Source: Escherichia phage vB_EcoM_EP32a
Strand: one strand, 5' to 3'
DNA length: 64,000 nt
Sequence record: OR544954
The position numbers were made by a program, and so were the translations under genes. This document shows positions 38,233 through 48,431 of the stretch, in pieces (position 1 is the first letter of the stretch; each line of letters starts with the position of its first letter). Below the pieces are notes generated by a model, which saw only the letters and a list, made by a program, of their open reading frames with translations, was not told the origin of the DNA and ran no database searches.

Positions 38233-40046
38233 AAATTGAAAAAGAAATTGAAGGATTAATTCATAAAACTAATAAAGATCTTTTGAACGAGAATGCTAAT
38301 AAAGATTCTCGTGTTTTTCCAACTCAACGGGACCTTATGGCTGGTATTGTGTCTAAGCACATTGCCAAAAATATGGTCCCGTCTTTTATTATGAAAGCAC
38401 ATGAAAGCGGAATTATCCATTTCCATGATATTGATTATTCCCCTGCTCTTCCATTTACTAATTGCTGTTTAGTAGATTTAAAAGGAATGCTTGAAAACGG
38501 GTTTAAGCTAGGTAATGCTCAAATTGAAACGCCTAAATCGATTGGTGTTGCTACTGCAATTATGGCACAAATTACCGCACAGGTTGCTTCACATCAGTAC
38601 GGCGGAACGACTTTTGCTAATGTAGATAAAGTACTTTCTCCTTATGTTAAACGCACCTATGCAAAACATATTGAGGATGCAGAAAAATGGCAAATTGCTG
38701 ATGCGTTGAATTATGCCCAATCTAAAACAGAAAAAGACGTATACGATGCATTTCAAGCTTATGAGTATGAAGTAAATACTCTTTTTAGCTCAAACGGTCA
38801 AACGCCTTTTGTAACAATTACATTTGGTACTGGAACTGACTGGACTGAACGAATTATTCAGAAAGCAATTCTGAAAAATCGTATTAAAGGTCTTGGTCGT
38901 GATGGAATAACTCCTATTTTCCCTAAACTTGTTATGTTCGTTGAAGAAGGTGTTAATCTTTATAAAGACGATCCGAACTATGATATTAAGCAGCTTGCGT
39001 TAGAATGTGCAAGCAAAAGAATGTATCCTGATATTATTTCGGTTAAGAACAATAAAGCTATCACTGGTTCATCTATTCCTGTTTCTCCAATGGGTTGTCG
39101 TAGTTTCTTGAGTGTATGGAAAGATTCGACTGGAAATGAAATTCTTGATGGACGTAATAATCTTGGTGTTGTAACACTGAATCTTCCTCGTATTGCGTTA
39201 GATTCTTATATTGGAACACAATTCAATGAACAGAAATTTGTTGAGCTATTTAATGAACGAATGGATCTGTGTTTTGAAGCCTTGATGTGTAGAATTAGTT
39301 CTTTAAAGGGTGTTAAAGCAACTGTTGCTCCTATTCTTTACCAAGAAGGTGCATTCGGGGTTCGTCTTAAACCTGATGACGATATAATTGAGTTATTTAA
39401 AACCGGTAGAAGTTCAGTGTCCTTAGGATACATTGGTATTCACGAATTGAATATTCTTGTCGGTCGTGATATTGGACAAGAAATTTTAACTAAAATGAAT
39501 GCTCATCTTAAGCAGTGGACTGAAAGAACCGGTTTTGCTTTTAGCTTGTATTCTACTCCTGCTGAAAACCTGTGCTATCGCTTCTGTAAACTTGATACCG
39601 AGAAATATGGAAGTGTAAAAGATGTTACTGATAAAGGCTGGTACACTAATAGTTTCCATGTTTCAGTAGAAGAAAATATCACTCCGTTTGAAAAGATTTC
39701 TCGCGAAGCCCCATATCATTTCATTGCGACTGGCGGACATATTTCTTATGTTGAACTTCCAGATATGAAAAACAATTTAAAGGGTCTTGAGGCTGTATGG
39801 GATTATGCTGCACAACATTTAGATTATTTTGGTGTTAATATGCCAGTAGATAAATGTTTTACATGTGGAAGTACTCATGAAATGACTCCTACTGAAACCG
39901 GATTTGTTTGTTCTATTTGTGGAGAAACTGACCCTAAAAAGATGAACACCATAAGAAGAACATGCGGTTATCTTGGAAATCCTAACGAACGCGGATTTAA
40001 TCTCGGCAAAAATAAAGAAATCATGCATAGGGTTAAACACCAATGA
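38229..40046 (+). CDS. nrdD: anaerobic ribonucleotide reductase NrdD (uninterrupted)
   Basis: 605 aa; C-terminal zinc ribbon and glycyl-radical motif RRTCGYLG. Confidence 0.92.
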   Translation: MKIEKEIEGLIHKTNKDLLNENANKDSRVFPTQRDLMAGIVSKHIAKNMVPSFIMKAHESGIIHFHDIDYSPALPFTNCCLVDLKGMLENGFKLGNAQIETPKSIGVATAIMAQITAQVASHQYGGTTFANVDKVLSPYVKRTYAKHIEDAEKWQIADALNYAQSKTEKDVYDAFQAYEYEVNTLFSSNGQTPFVTITFGTGTDWTERIIQKAILKNRIKGLGRDGITPIFPKLVMFVEEGVNLYKDDPNYDIKQLALECASKRMYPDIISVKNNKAITGSSIPVSPMGCRSFLSVWKDSTGNEILDGRNNLGVVTLNLPRIALDSYIGTQFNEQKFVELFNERMDLCFEALMCRISSLKGVKATVAPILYQEGAFGVRLKPDDDIIELFKTGRSSVSLGYIGIHELNILVGRDIGQEILTKMNAHLKQWTERTGFAFSLYSTPAENLCYRFCKLDTEKYGSVKDVTDKGWYTNSFHVSVEENITPFEKISREAPYHFIATGGHISYVELPDMKNNLKGLEAVWDYAAQHLDYFGVNMPVDKCFTCGSTHEMTPTETGFVCSICGETDPKKMNTIRRTCGYLGNPNERGFNLGKNKEIMHRVKHQ

Positions 40047-40513
40047 ATTATGATAGATTTTATCCTTGCGATTTTGTGAATGGCCCTGGTTGCAGGGTCG
40101 TTCTTTTCGTTACAGGTTGTTTGCATAAATGCGAAGGGTGTTATAATAAATCAACATGGAACGCTAGAAATGGTATTCCATTCACGGGTGAAACACTAGA
40201 GCAATTAATTGAATGTTTGAATAATGATTATATAGAAGGATTAACTATAACTGGAGGAGACCCTCTCTATCCCGATAACAGAGATGTTGTTCATTGCATT
40301 GCTCAAACAGTAAAAAATCTTTATCCCAATAAAAGCATTTGGTTGTGGACAGGATATAAGTTTGAAGATATTAAACAACTAGAAATGCTTAAATATGTTG
40401 ATGTTATTATTGATGGGAAGTATGAGAAAAATCTTCCGACCAAAAAACTGTGGCGAGGATCAGATAATCAGCGACTTTGGTCAAATACCGATGGGGTGTG
40501 GAAACATGATTAA
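40043..40513 (+). CDS. nrdG: anaerobic RNR activating enzyme NrdG (radical SAM)
   Basis: CLHKCEGCYN radical-SAM cysteine motif; 156 aa. Confidence 0.9.
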   Translation: MNYDRFYPCDFVNGPGCRVVLFVTGCLHKCEGCYNKSTWNARNGIPFTGETLEQLIECLNNDYIEGLTITGGDPLYPDNRDVVHCIAQTVKNLYPNKSIWLWTGYKFEDIKQLEMLKYVDVIIDGKYEKNLPTKKLWRGSDNQRLWSNTDGVWKHD

Positions 40514-40623
40514 ATTGAATTACATTATGGATACTATAAATGATATGATTTTTCGTTTTGGTCCAGAATTTTATTCGCAGTATAGTTTGGTGTTTATCAA
40601 TGCTTAGTTAATTAAGGGTAAAT

Positions 40624-40839
40624 ATGTATAAATTTCGTAAAGGTTTAGCTGATTTTCTTACAACTGTAACGTTCTTTTTGTTTATGGCAGTTGGAGCTAT
40701 TTTTCTTATTCCTTTTACTGTTGTATTTTTCTTGATTAGTTTAATTTCTCCGGAAAAGGGTTTATCCTCCAGCGAATTCAATGAACGTTTGGACAAAATT
40801 ACTAATAAACTGAATTCTGTTCTTGATAAAAAGGCTTAA
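40624..40839 (+). CDS. small membrane protein
   Basis: Hydrophobic 71-aa ORF. Confidence 0.5.
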   Translation: MYKFRKGLADFLTTVTFFLFMAVGAIFLIPFTVVFFLISLISPEKGLSSSEFNERLDKITNKLNSVLDKKA

Positions 40840-40841
40840 TT

Positions 40842-41159
40842 ATGATTAGTTTTGAGCGGTATGTGGTAGAGAGTTGGAAAGGTTTTGATATGTTCGGTAA
40901 TGACTATTATTTTTACGAATGTAATCTGAACCCAAGCTTCTGGGCTGGACGTGAACGAGATCTCGAAGAAATTAATGCTCGTGCCGAATTGTTAGGTGAA
41001 CTGCCTACAGTTTATTTTACCTTTGATGAATCCGGCTTCGTTATCCAGGTTTATTTTCCTGAAGAAAACTCTGGCGAGGATTCTGTTAATCCTCCTTATT
41101 GGGCTTACCAAGGAATTATTTCTCGTGGAACAAAACTCGAACTTAAAGAACAAGATTGA
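40842..41159 (+). CDS. hypothetical protein
   Basis: 105 aa. Confidence 0.5.
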   Translation: MISFERYVVESWKGFDMFGNDYYFYECNLNPSFWAGRERDLEEINARAELLGELPTVYFTFDESGFVIQVYFPEENSGEDSVNPPYWAYQGIISRGTKLELKEQD

Positions 41160-41448
41160 AATTTATGGCATCCCTGAAGAAGTAGGACGTTGTCCGGGAT
41201 GTTATACTGTTACAAAACTTTTAAAGGAGCTCAATGCTCCTTATACATTTTATAAAGTCCTCACTAATAATGGTAAGATTGAATATGACCGTCCTTTAAT
41301 CGTATCTCTTGCTAAACGTGCAGGATTCACTTCACTTAATATTCGTTATCCTGTCATATTTTTAAATGATAAGAAACAAAAGAATATTGCAGAGTTTAAA
41401 AAGACCTTGATTTCATTAGGATATGACTCTGATATCATAGAAGATTGA
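41125..41448 (+). CDS. glutaredoxin-like protein (start uncertain, possibly GTG)
   Basis: KIEIYGIPEEVGRCPGCY... has no in-frame ATG after the upstream stop; GTG 41125 follows AAGGA. Confidence 0.4.
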   Translation: MEQNSNLKNKIEIYGIPEEVGRCPGCYTVTKLLKELNAPYTFYKVLTNNGKIEYDRPLIVSLAKRAGFTSLNIRYPVIFLNDKKQKNIAEFKKTLISLGYDSDIIED

Positions 41449-41556
41449 CCAGGTGCCGCCTGGTCTTCTTTATCTCATTTCTAATATAATCCATTGGAAT
41501 CTTCACTTCACTATCTCCTTGTGCCACTCTCAAATCAAAAAATATTTTCATAAAAC

Positions 41557-41600
41557 AGTTTACATCCTCAATAGATGTGTTAAGATTAAACCATCTACTA
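41557..41600 (+). promoter_or_regulatory. T4-type early promoter with flanking inverted repeat
   Basis: GTTTACA ... TAAGAT; ATAGATG/CATCTACTAT. Confidence 0.45.
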
Positions 41601-41614
41601 TAGAGGAAAATAAA

Positions 41615-41797
41615 ATGACAATTGAAGATAAAGAAATTAAGGTCGACCAGTACTATTCTGTCAACGGTAGTGCAGTACAGATAACCAGAGTTTCAAGCCT
41701 GGATGTTTGGTACCGTTCGATCAAATATCCGGAAATTGGTGAAATGCTTTGTGACCGTGGTATCTTCTGTTCAATTGCGAAGGAAATTAAGCCATGA
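41615..41797 (+). CDS. hypothetical protein
   Basis: 60 aa after AGAGGAAAA. Confidence 0.5.
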   Translation: MTIEDKEIKVDQYYSVNGSAVQITRVSSLDVWYRSIKYPEIGEMLCDRGIFCSIAKEIKP

Positions 41798-42042
41798 TTA
41801 GTTTAGATTCAAAGAAAGTTGTTCTATCTCTTAATGTAAATAACGAACGTCCGATATTCATTACCATTTCCGATTTGAATGTTGAAATTGCTAATGGCGT
41901 CCGTACTTATCAAACGTCTAAAACACAATGGGACTATATCCCAATGTTGACTCTTACTCAGCGTTTAGAATCAATCGGTCTTAAAGACCTTTCAGTAAGT
42001 GAAGTGAATTTTATCAAACGTATTGTATCAATCAACCTCTGA
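41794..42042 (+). CDS. hypothetical protein
   Basis: 82 aa. Confidence 0.5.
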   Translation: MISLDSKKVVLSLNVNNERPIFITISDLNVEIANGVRTYQTSKTQWDYIPMLTLTQRLESIGLKDLSVSEVNFIKRIVSINL

Positions 42043-42049
42043 GGTACTT

Positions 42050-42343
42050 ATGGGTAAAACGTATCGTCGTAAAGATTTGAAAGTTCGCGATTACGACTAT
42101 TTTGGTAAGCGTAAAGCTCCTGATGGTGTTAGCCACAAAGACATGGTTGAAAACATTTTCCGCTCAGATAAATGGAAACGTATGAAAGGCGTTGATTCTG
42201 AAGTCAAGAATGAAATGAATCGACAACTCCGCAAAGAAGTTCGTAAGTTGAAAAAAGATGTTTACAGTAAAGAAGAGTATGATTATAATACTTCTCATAC
42301 TGAAGCCAAACGTAAAGCTAACGAATGTTATCGTTACAGTTGA
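42050..42343 (+). CDS. hypothetical basic protein
   Basis: MGKTYRRKDLKVRDYDYFGKRKAP... Confidence 0.5.
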   Translation: MGKTYRRKDLKVRDYDYFGKRKAPDGVSHKDMVENIFRSDKWKRMKGVDSEVKNEMNRQLRKEVRKLKKDVYSKEEYDYNTSHTEAKRKANECYRYS

Positions 42344-42350
42344 GGAAATT

Positions 42351-42485
42351 ATGAATATCAAACGAATGCTTTTTAAGCAGGGATTATATACTTTAAATGT
42401 TAATCCAAAGGGTGATACAACTAAATGGTCTGTAAATGACTGGATTAAGTTCATCGATGAAAATGGGGCGTGGAACACAAAATGA
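42351..42485 (+). CDS. small hypothetical protein (44 aa)
   Basis: ATG after GAGGAAA. Confidence 0.35.
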   Translation: MNIKRMLFKQGLYTLNVNPKGDTTKWSVNDWIKFIDENGAWNTK

Positions 42486-42685
42486 ATCCTGAAAATATTG
42501 TGTCATGGCAAAAGCTTCGTGAAGAACGTGCCGAATTCTTTGCCAATATGAAACTCAACGGTGTTGAGGATGAAGACTTTTTACGTTGGTTCTGGATTTA
42601 CAAATACAAAGAATGCCAGCACGCTGTACTACTGACTTGTGCAGTTATGTACGAAGGCTGGAAAGGCGCTAAAAAGTTCGGTTAA
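42482..42685 (+). CDS. hypothetical protein
   Basis: 67 aa. Confidence 0.5.
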   Translation: MNPENIVSWQKLREERAEFFANMKLNGVEDEDFLRWFWIYKYKECQHAVLLTCAVMYEGWKGAKKFG

Positions 42686-42687
42686 TA

Positions 42688-42727
42688 ATATACAACGATA
42701 GGAAGACATGTTATTATCTTCCTATCG
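42688..42727 (+). promoter_or_regulatory. T4-type early promoter with flanking inverted repeat
   Basis: TATACAA ... TATTAT in palindrome GATAGGAAGA/TCTTCCTATC. Confidence 0.45.
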
Positions 42728-42767
42728 TCTTAAAATGAGGAAAATATCATGGCCCAAGAATTAGATT

Positions 42768-42808
42768 TTATTACAAACTCTTGAGAGCAGAGTATAATGC
42801 TCTCTCAT
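42768..42808 (+). promoter_or_regulatory. T4-type early promoter with flanking inverted repeat (copy of 14003 cassette)
   Basis: TTACAAACTCTTGAGAGCAGAGTATAATGCTCTCTC. Confidence 0.5.
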
Positions 42809-42837
42809 TGGATAATAAAATAACCGAGGAAAATAAT

Positions 42838-43170
42838 ATGTCTACTAAAATCAAAAACGTAGTTAATTCTTTCGCTTTCGATAAAGTTGTTGCTCTTCTG
42901 GAATCCGGCAATATTGTTACTCCTCAAGTCCTTGACGCGTGGGAATTCCGTCTTTATGAAATCATGCAAAAACACGACCAGAAAATTGGACGTAATTCTA
43001 TTCGTGAAATTCTAGTACAATATATTCTTTCTGAATTTGACGTTGCTGCATTTGGTGTTGAATCTAAAGCTTATCAGAAACATGAAATCTCTGAAAAGAC
43101 TATCCGTCGTATGAAAAATCAACGTAAGAAAAAATTCGTTGACCTGAAAATTGTTAAGGCGGTAAAATGA
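42838..43170 (+). CDS. hypothetical protein
   Basis: 110 aa. Confidence 0.5.
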   Translation: MSTKIKNVVNSFAFDKVVALLESGNIVTPQVLDAWEFRLYEIMQKHDQKIGRNSIREILVQYILSEFDVAAFGVESKAYQKHEISEKTIRRMKNQRKKKFVDLKIVKAVK

Positions 43171-43394
43171 GCGTATTAACAGAATCTTTGATTAATGACC
43201 TGCGTCTAGCTGGTTACGAAGTTGGTACAAATAGCCTAGGTCTTTCTCAGATTGAAGGGCTTGGATTTATCCTAGAATATGAATTCAAACAATGGTGGCT
43301 ATATGCTACGGCTGACGATGCGTTGAATATCGATTTCGTTGACCAATTTGATTCGTTGGATGATGCTCTTGAAGCAGCAAAGGAACTAGAATGA
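43167..43394 (+). CDS. hypothetical acidic protein
   Basis: 75 aa. Confidence 0.5.
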   Translation: MSVLTESLINDLRLAGYEVGTNSLGLSQIEGLGFILEYEFKQWWLYATADDALNIDFVDQFDSLDDALEAAKELE

Positions 43395-43660
43395 AATTAA
43401 CTCGAATCAGTATAACTGAAGAAAAGCTGGGCGAATTTTATGTTGACGAATACATGAAAGTCACGTATTTTCCATTCGTTAAAGGTGTTGGTTTTTGGGA
43501 AACTCATGTATCTCAATTAAACGAAGGCGACTATAACGAAACTCATGAGAACTTTTTAGATTTTCTTTATAATGCCGGTCTTACTGAGCTTTATATCGAT
43601 ATCCATGAGTTCAAACGTTTAATGGAAAAAGTGTTTCAGGCTTATTGTTTGCTCCGATAG
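43391..43660 (+). CDS. hypothetical protein
   Basis: 89 aa. Confidence 0.5.
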   Translation: MKLTRISITEEKLGEFYVDEYMKVTYFPFVKGVGFWETHVSQLNEGDYNETHENFLDFLYNAGLTELYIDIHEFKRLMEKVFQAYCLLR

Positions 43661-43667
43661 TATCTCG

Positions 43668-43712
43668 TGCTTTAAGATAGGTCTCTAAATATTATGATAT
43701 AATAGACCTATG
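43668..43712 (+). promoter_or_regulatory. promoter with flanking inverted repeat upstream of gene 55
   Basis: -10 GATATAAT flanked by ATAGGTCT/AGACCTAT. Confidence 0.4.
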
Positions 43713-43732
43713 AATTGAGCTAAGAGGTACTT

Positions 43733-44290
43733 ATGACTGGACAAAAACCTAAAAATAACTATGTGAATAATAAAGAGCTTCTCGCCGCTATAATCGAGTG
43801 GAAAAAGGAGCTCTTAAATAATAAAGACCCAAACAAAATTATTCGTCAGAATGATACCATCGGTTTAGCAATTATGCTTATCGCCGAAGGCCTGTCCAAA
43901 CGTTTCAACTTTTCAGGATATACCCAGTCTTGGAAGCAGGAGATGATTGCAGATGGGATTGAAGCCTCTATTAAGGGACTTCATAATTTCGACGAAACTA
44001 AGTACAATAACCCACATGCATACATAACTCGAGCTTGTTTTAATGCTTTTGTCCAACGTATCAAAAAAGAACGTAAGGAAGTTGCAAAGAAATATAGTTA
44101 CTTCGTTCATAATGTCTACGACAGTCATGACGATGATATGGTAGCGTTGGTAGATGAAACGTTTATTCAAGACATCTACGATAAAATGACGCATTATGAA
44201 GAATCCGCTTATAAAGCTCCTGGGGCTGAAAAGAAGGAAGTTGTTAGCGATTCGCCTAGTTTGGATTTTTTATATGAGGATGACAATTGA
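43733..44290 (+). CDS. 55: late-transcription sigma factor gp55
   Basis: 185 aa; [27 protein letters not shown]...[35 protein letters not shown] matches recalled T4 gp55. Confidence 0.93.
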   Translation: MTGQKPKNNYVNNKELLAAIIEWKKELLNNKDPNKIIRQNDTIGLAIMLIAEGLSKRFNFSGYTQSWKQEMIADGIEASIKGLHNFDETKYNNPHAYITRACFNAFVQRIKKERKEVAKKYSYFVHNVYDSHDDDMVALVDETFIQDIYDKMTHYEESAYKAPGAEKKEVVSDSPSLDFLYEDDN

Positions 44291-44489
44291 CATCTCTAAC
44301 TACTTAGAAGAACCTTTTGACGAAGCAATCCCTTATTTGGTAAAACTGTTGGGTCGTGAATTTAAAATTAATTTTGACATCGACCCTTTGAACCCACATG
44401 ACGTGTCATTTTCGATAAATGGGACTCCGGTTGAGTATGAGTTCTGTATTGAAGAGGATGGACGTTTTTATTTTAATTTAATGAGATAA
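44280..44489 (+). CDS. hypothetical protein
   Basis: [13 protein letters not shown]... Confidence 0.45.
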   Translation: MTIDISNYLEEPFDEAIPYLVKLLGREFKINFDIDPLNPHDVSFSINGTPVEYEFCIEEDGRFYFNLMR

Positions 44490-44490
44490 T

Positions 44491-44814
44491 ATGACTACCG
44501 AGATTATTGAAAATAAAGAAGCAGAAGATGCAGTAGCTAAAATGCTACAAGAAATCCAAAAGAAAAATGAAGCTGAAGCACGTAAAAAATCCGAAAAGAT
44601 TCTTAAAAAGAATCGTTTTGAACTAAACCGTCTTTATGCTCACGCTCAAGAAGCAGCAATTCAAAACAACTTCGAAGCTTACGAATATGCTATTAAGAAA
44701 TCTCGGGATATTCTACGCCAACCATATAATGACAAGTTAATTAAAATCCAGTGGGTTACTACTCGTCAGGCTATTGAGGACATCATTAATGGCGCTAGTT
44801 CAAACAAAGTTTAA
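44491..44814 (+). CDS. hypothetical protein
   Basis: 107 aa. Confidence 0.5.
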   Translation: MTTEIIENKEAEDAVAKMLQEIQKKNEAEARKKSEKILKKNRFELNRLYAHAQEAAIQNNFEAYEYAIKKSRDILRQPYNDKLIKIQWVTTRQAIEDIINGASSNKV

Positions 44815-45034
44815 ACGTCTGAAGCTGAACGCAGGGTTCACCCTTAAATTGGGAGGTCCTCTTTGTGTTAAAATCTCTGAAAAGGAATATCACGACTGTT
44901 CTATTACAGAAATTTGTCCGCCTATTGTAAAGGCAGACCCAAAACAACTCGTGTGGGTTGATTCATTTCAAGTTAAGAAATGGTGGAAACGATGAGAGAA
45001 ATCGATTTAGGTATTTTCTGAGAGGTGCTTATGC

Positions 45035-45208
45035 ATGACGAACATCCCGACTTCTGAAAATTTCGATAAAATCCATAAAGGCAAAGCAGAAAGAATGAGA
45101 CGTTTTAAAGAGTCTTATGATAAAGCTAAAGCCGAAGGAACTATTACATACAAGCCCATTCGATTTAAAAGTTCAAATGAGCCTCTGTACGGTGTACTAT
45201 GTGGATAG
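45035..45208 (+). CDS. small hypothetical protein (57 aa)
   Basis: Below ORF-track cutoff; followed by a terminator. Confidence 0.35.
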   Translation: MTNIPTSENFDKIHKGKAERMRRFKESYDKAKAEGTITYKPIRFKSSNEPLYGVLCG

Positions 45209-45235
45209 GAACTCTTCGGAGTTCCTTTTTTTTTT
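45208..45235 (+). terminator. Rho-independent terminator
   Basis: GGAACTC-TTCG-GAGTTCC then T10. Confidence 0.7.
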
Positions 45236-45258
45236 GCTTTATAGCCGGATGATAGAAT
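45234..45258 (+). promoter_or_regulatory. possible MotA-dependent middle promoter for gene 47
   Basis: TTTGCTTTA MotA-box-like motif about 10 bp before TAGAAT. Confidence 0.4.
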
Positions 45259-45281
45259 GAATTAACTAATGAGGAAATAAT

Positions 45282-46301
45282 ATGAAAATTTTGCACTTAG
45301 GCGACTTCCATATCGGAGTCAAACAAGATGACCCATGGGTTCAAGATATTCAACGTGATGGTATTCGTCAAGCAATTGAATACTCTAAGAAACACGGGAT
45401 TAAAACTTGGATTCAGTACGGTGATTGGTTTGACGTCCGTAAAGCAATAACACATCGTACGATGGAATTCAATCGTGAAATCGTTGATATGATTTCTAAA
45501 GCAGGCATTCACGTTCATGTCACGATAGGAAACCATGACATGGCGTTTAAGAATACAATAACACCTAACACTGTTTCTGAATTGTTAACTCAATTTGAAA
45601 ACTTTACTATTTACGAACATCCAACTACTGTAGATTTTGACGGATGTCTGATTGATATCGTTCCATGGATGTGTGAAGAAAATACGGGTGAAATCTTAGA
45701 GCACATCAAGACTTCTTCTGCGGCGTATTGTGTTGGGCACTGGGAATTAAATGGCTTCTATTTCTATAAAGGAATGAAGTCTCATGGGCTTGAACCTGAT
45801 TTCTTAAAGACCTATAAACAAGTCTGGTCTGGCCACTTCCACACAATCTCTGAAGCTGCTAACGTCAAATATATTGGGACACCATGGACCCTTACTGCAG
45901 GCGATGAGAACGACCCGCGCGGATTCTGGGTATTTGACACTGATGTTGAACGTATGGAATTTATTCCTAATGAAACAACATGGCATCGACGAATCACTTA
46001 TCCGTTTAAAGGCAAAATCAATTATTCTGATTATACTAATCTAGCCGTACGTGTTATAGTATCAGAAATTGATTCAGAGTTGACTAAGTTTGAATCTGAA
46101 CTTGAAAAAGTAGTTCACTCTCTTCGTATGGTTTCTAAAGTTGATAACAGTGTTGAATCTGATGATGACCAGGAAATCGAGATTAAATCACTTCAAGATA
46201 TCATTAAAGAATATATTGACGCGATTCCAGATATCTCAGACGAAGACAGAGAAGCGCTGGTTAAATATTCTAACGAACTTTATATTGAGGCAACACAATG
46301 A
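45282..46301 (+). CDS. 47: recombination endonuclease subunit gp47 (Mre11-like)
   Basis: 339 aa; phosphoesterase motifs (LHLGDFH, GNHD). Confidence 0.9.
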   Translation: MKILHLGDFHIGVKQDDPWVQDIQRDGIRQAIEYSKKHGIKTWIQYGDWFDVRKAITHRTMEFNREIVDMISKAGIHVHVTIGNHDMAFKNTITPNTVSELLTQFENFTIYEHPTTVDFDGCLIDIVPWMCEENTGEILEHIKTSSAAYCVGHWELNGFYFYKGMKSHGLEPDFLKTYKQVWSGHFHTISEAANVKYIGTPWTLTAGDENDPRGFWVFDTDVERMEFIPNETTWHRRITYPFKGKINYSDYTNLAVRVIVSEIDSELTKFESELEKVVHSLRMVSKVDNSVESDDDQEIEIKSLQDIIKEYIDAIPDISDEDREALVKYSNELYIEATQ

Positions 46302-46555
46302 CTTTAGATGAATTTAACAATGCCGGGCTCAGCCTTGAAGTTGAAATGGACGTTAAAGATGATGATGGATTCGAGAACACTATCAAGTATTGGATTGAGC
46401 CATTACGCGTTGAAGGCAATGAAGTTAAAGCAGTTCATGTCTGCACCGACTGGGCTATTGAATTTAGCTTTAATATAATGGACAACGATACTCCTGGCTC
46501 TATTCTTAAAATGGCCGAAGCGTGTATCGAGGATGCGTATAATGACGAAGACTGA
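46298..46555 (+). CDS. hypothetical acidic protein
   Basis: 85 aa. Confidence 0.5.
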   Translation: MTLDEFNNAGLSLEVEMDVKDDDGFENTIKYWIEPLRVEGNEVKAVHVCTDWAIEFSFNIMDNDTPGSILKMAEACIEDAYNDED

Positions 46556-46781
46556 TTATGAAATCCATCGTCATGAATTTAGTATTGGTGACGGTTATAT
46601 TGGTATCGTTGAATGGACCGAGAATTACGAGGAATCAACTCCTCGTTTCTTTGGAACAATGTATGTTACCTGTGAGTACGCACCAGGTGTTGTTATGTAT
46701 GCAGAACTAGATGAATATTTTGCTGATAGAGATGACATGTTAAAATATGTAGAGGACTTCATTCGAAGAGAATACATATGA
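46542..46781 (+). CDS. hypothetical protein
   Basis: MTKTDYEIHRHEF... Confidence 0.5.
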   Translation: MTKTDYEIHRHEFSIGDGYIGIVEWTENYEESTPRFFGTMYVTCEYAPGVVMYAELDEYFADRDDMLKYVEDFIRREYI

Positions 46782-48377
46782 AATCATTTAAATTAAATCG
46801 TGTTCGTTATCAAAACATCATGTCGGTAGGTGGGAATCCTATTGATATCCAATTAGATAAAGTCCAAAAGACATTAATCACTGGTAAAAATGGCGGTGGT
46901 AAATCTACGATGTTAGAAGCCATTACTTTCGGACTTTTCGGTAAACCATTTCGTGATGTTAAGAAAGGACAAATCATTAACAGCACGAATAAGAAAGAGC
47001 TCTTAGTTGAGCTTTGGATGGAATTCGATGGTAAAAAATACTTCATTAAACGTGGCCAAAAGCCCAATATTTTCGAAATCTCCGTTGACGGTGTTCGTCT
47101 TGATGAATCTGCCAGCAGTCGCGACTTCCAAGAAGAATTTGAACGTAGCATCGGAATGTCATACGCGTCTTTTAAACAAATCGTTGTGCTTGGGACGGCA
47201 GGGTATACCCCTTTCATGGCTCTTAGCACCCCTGCTCGTAGAAAACTTGTCGAAGACCTTTTAGAAGTCGGCACACTCGCTGAAATGGATAAAATCAATA
47301 AGTCTCAAGTTCGAGAACTTAATTCCCAGGGACAAGTTCTCGATGCCAAGAAAGATGGTATTATCCAACAAATTAAGATTTATAACGAGAATATCGAACG
47401 TCAAAAGAAATTATCTGGTGATAATGTAGCGCGTCTACAGAATATGTATGACGACCTAGCCAAAGAAGCTCGTTCATTAAAAGCAGAAATCGAAGAAGCT
47501 AATGAGCGACTACTTAATATCGTTCTTGACGAAGACCCTACTGAGGCATTCAACAAGATAGGACAAGAAGCATTCTTGATTAAATCTAAAATTGACTCAT
47601 ATAACAAAGTTATTAAGATGTATCATGATGGCGGTACATGTCCTACTTGTGCATCACAGTTGCACCAGGGTGATCCTATTGTCTCTAAGATTACCGATAA
47701 GCTTCACGAATGTAATCACTCATTCGAGCAACTTACATGTCACAGAGATAATCTGAGTGTCCTAGTGGACGAATATAGAGCTAATGTTAAGACTAAACAG
47801 GACCTTGCATCTGATATTCGCACCAAGAAACAAGCAATGATTGCCACTATTGATAAAGCTAAGAAAGTTAAAGCTGCAATAGAGCAAGCCTCAGCAGAAT
47901 TTATCGACCATGCCGATGAGATAGCTTTGCTTCAAAAAGAACTTGATAAAATCATTAAAACAAAATCAGATATCGTTCTTGAAAAATACCATCGTGGTAT
48001 TATCACAGATATGTTAAAAGATTCTGGTATTAAAGGTGCTATCATTAAAAAATATGTGCCTCTGTTCAACAAGCAGATTAACCATTATCTTAAAATCATG
48101 GAAGCTGATTACGTGTTTTCTATTGATGAAGAATTCAATGAATCTATAAAATCACGTGGTCGTGAAGATTTTAGTTATGCTTCATTTAGTCAAGGTGAAA
48201 AAGCGCGTATCGATATCGCATTGTTGTTTACATGGCGAGATATTGCTGAAAAGGTCTCTGGCGTTAGAATCAACAAACGTGTTCATTATTTGTCATAGAG
48301 ACCATGACCCACAAGCTTATGGACAACATCTTCAAATGAGCAAAGTTGGACGATTTACTGTAATGACTGTTTCATAA
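46778..48377 (+). pseudogene. 46: recombination endonuclease subunit gp46 (Rad50/SbcC-like), apparently disrupted
   Basis: Frame A has Walker A GKNGGGKST and signature SFSQGEKARIDIAL but stops at 48298; H-loop-like NVFIICHRDHD continues in the +1 frame to 48377; no Walker B between them. Confidence 0.55.
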
Positions 48378-48431
48378 ACGCTTTAACACGATGTGGTTAT
48401 AATGACCACATCAAATTAAATGGAGAACAAC

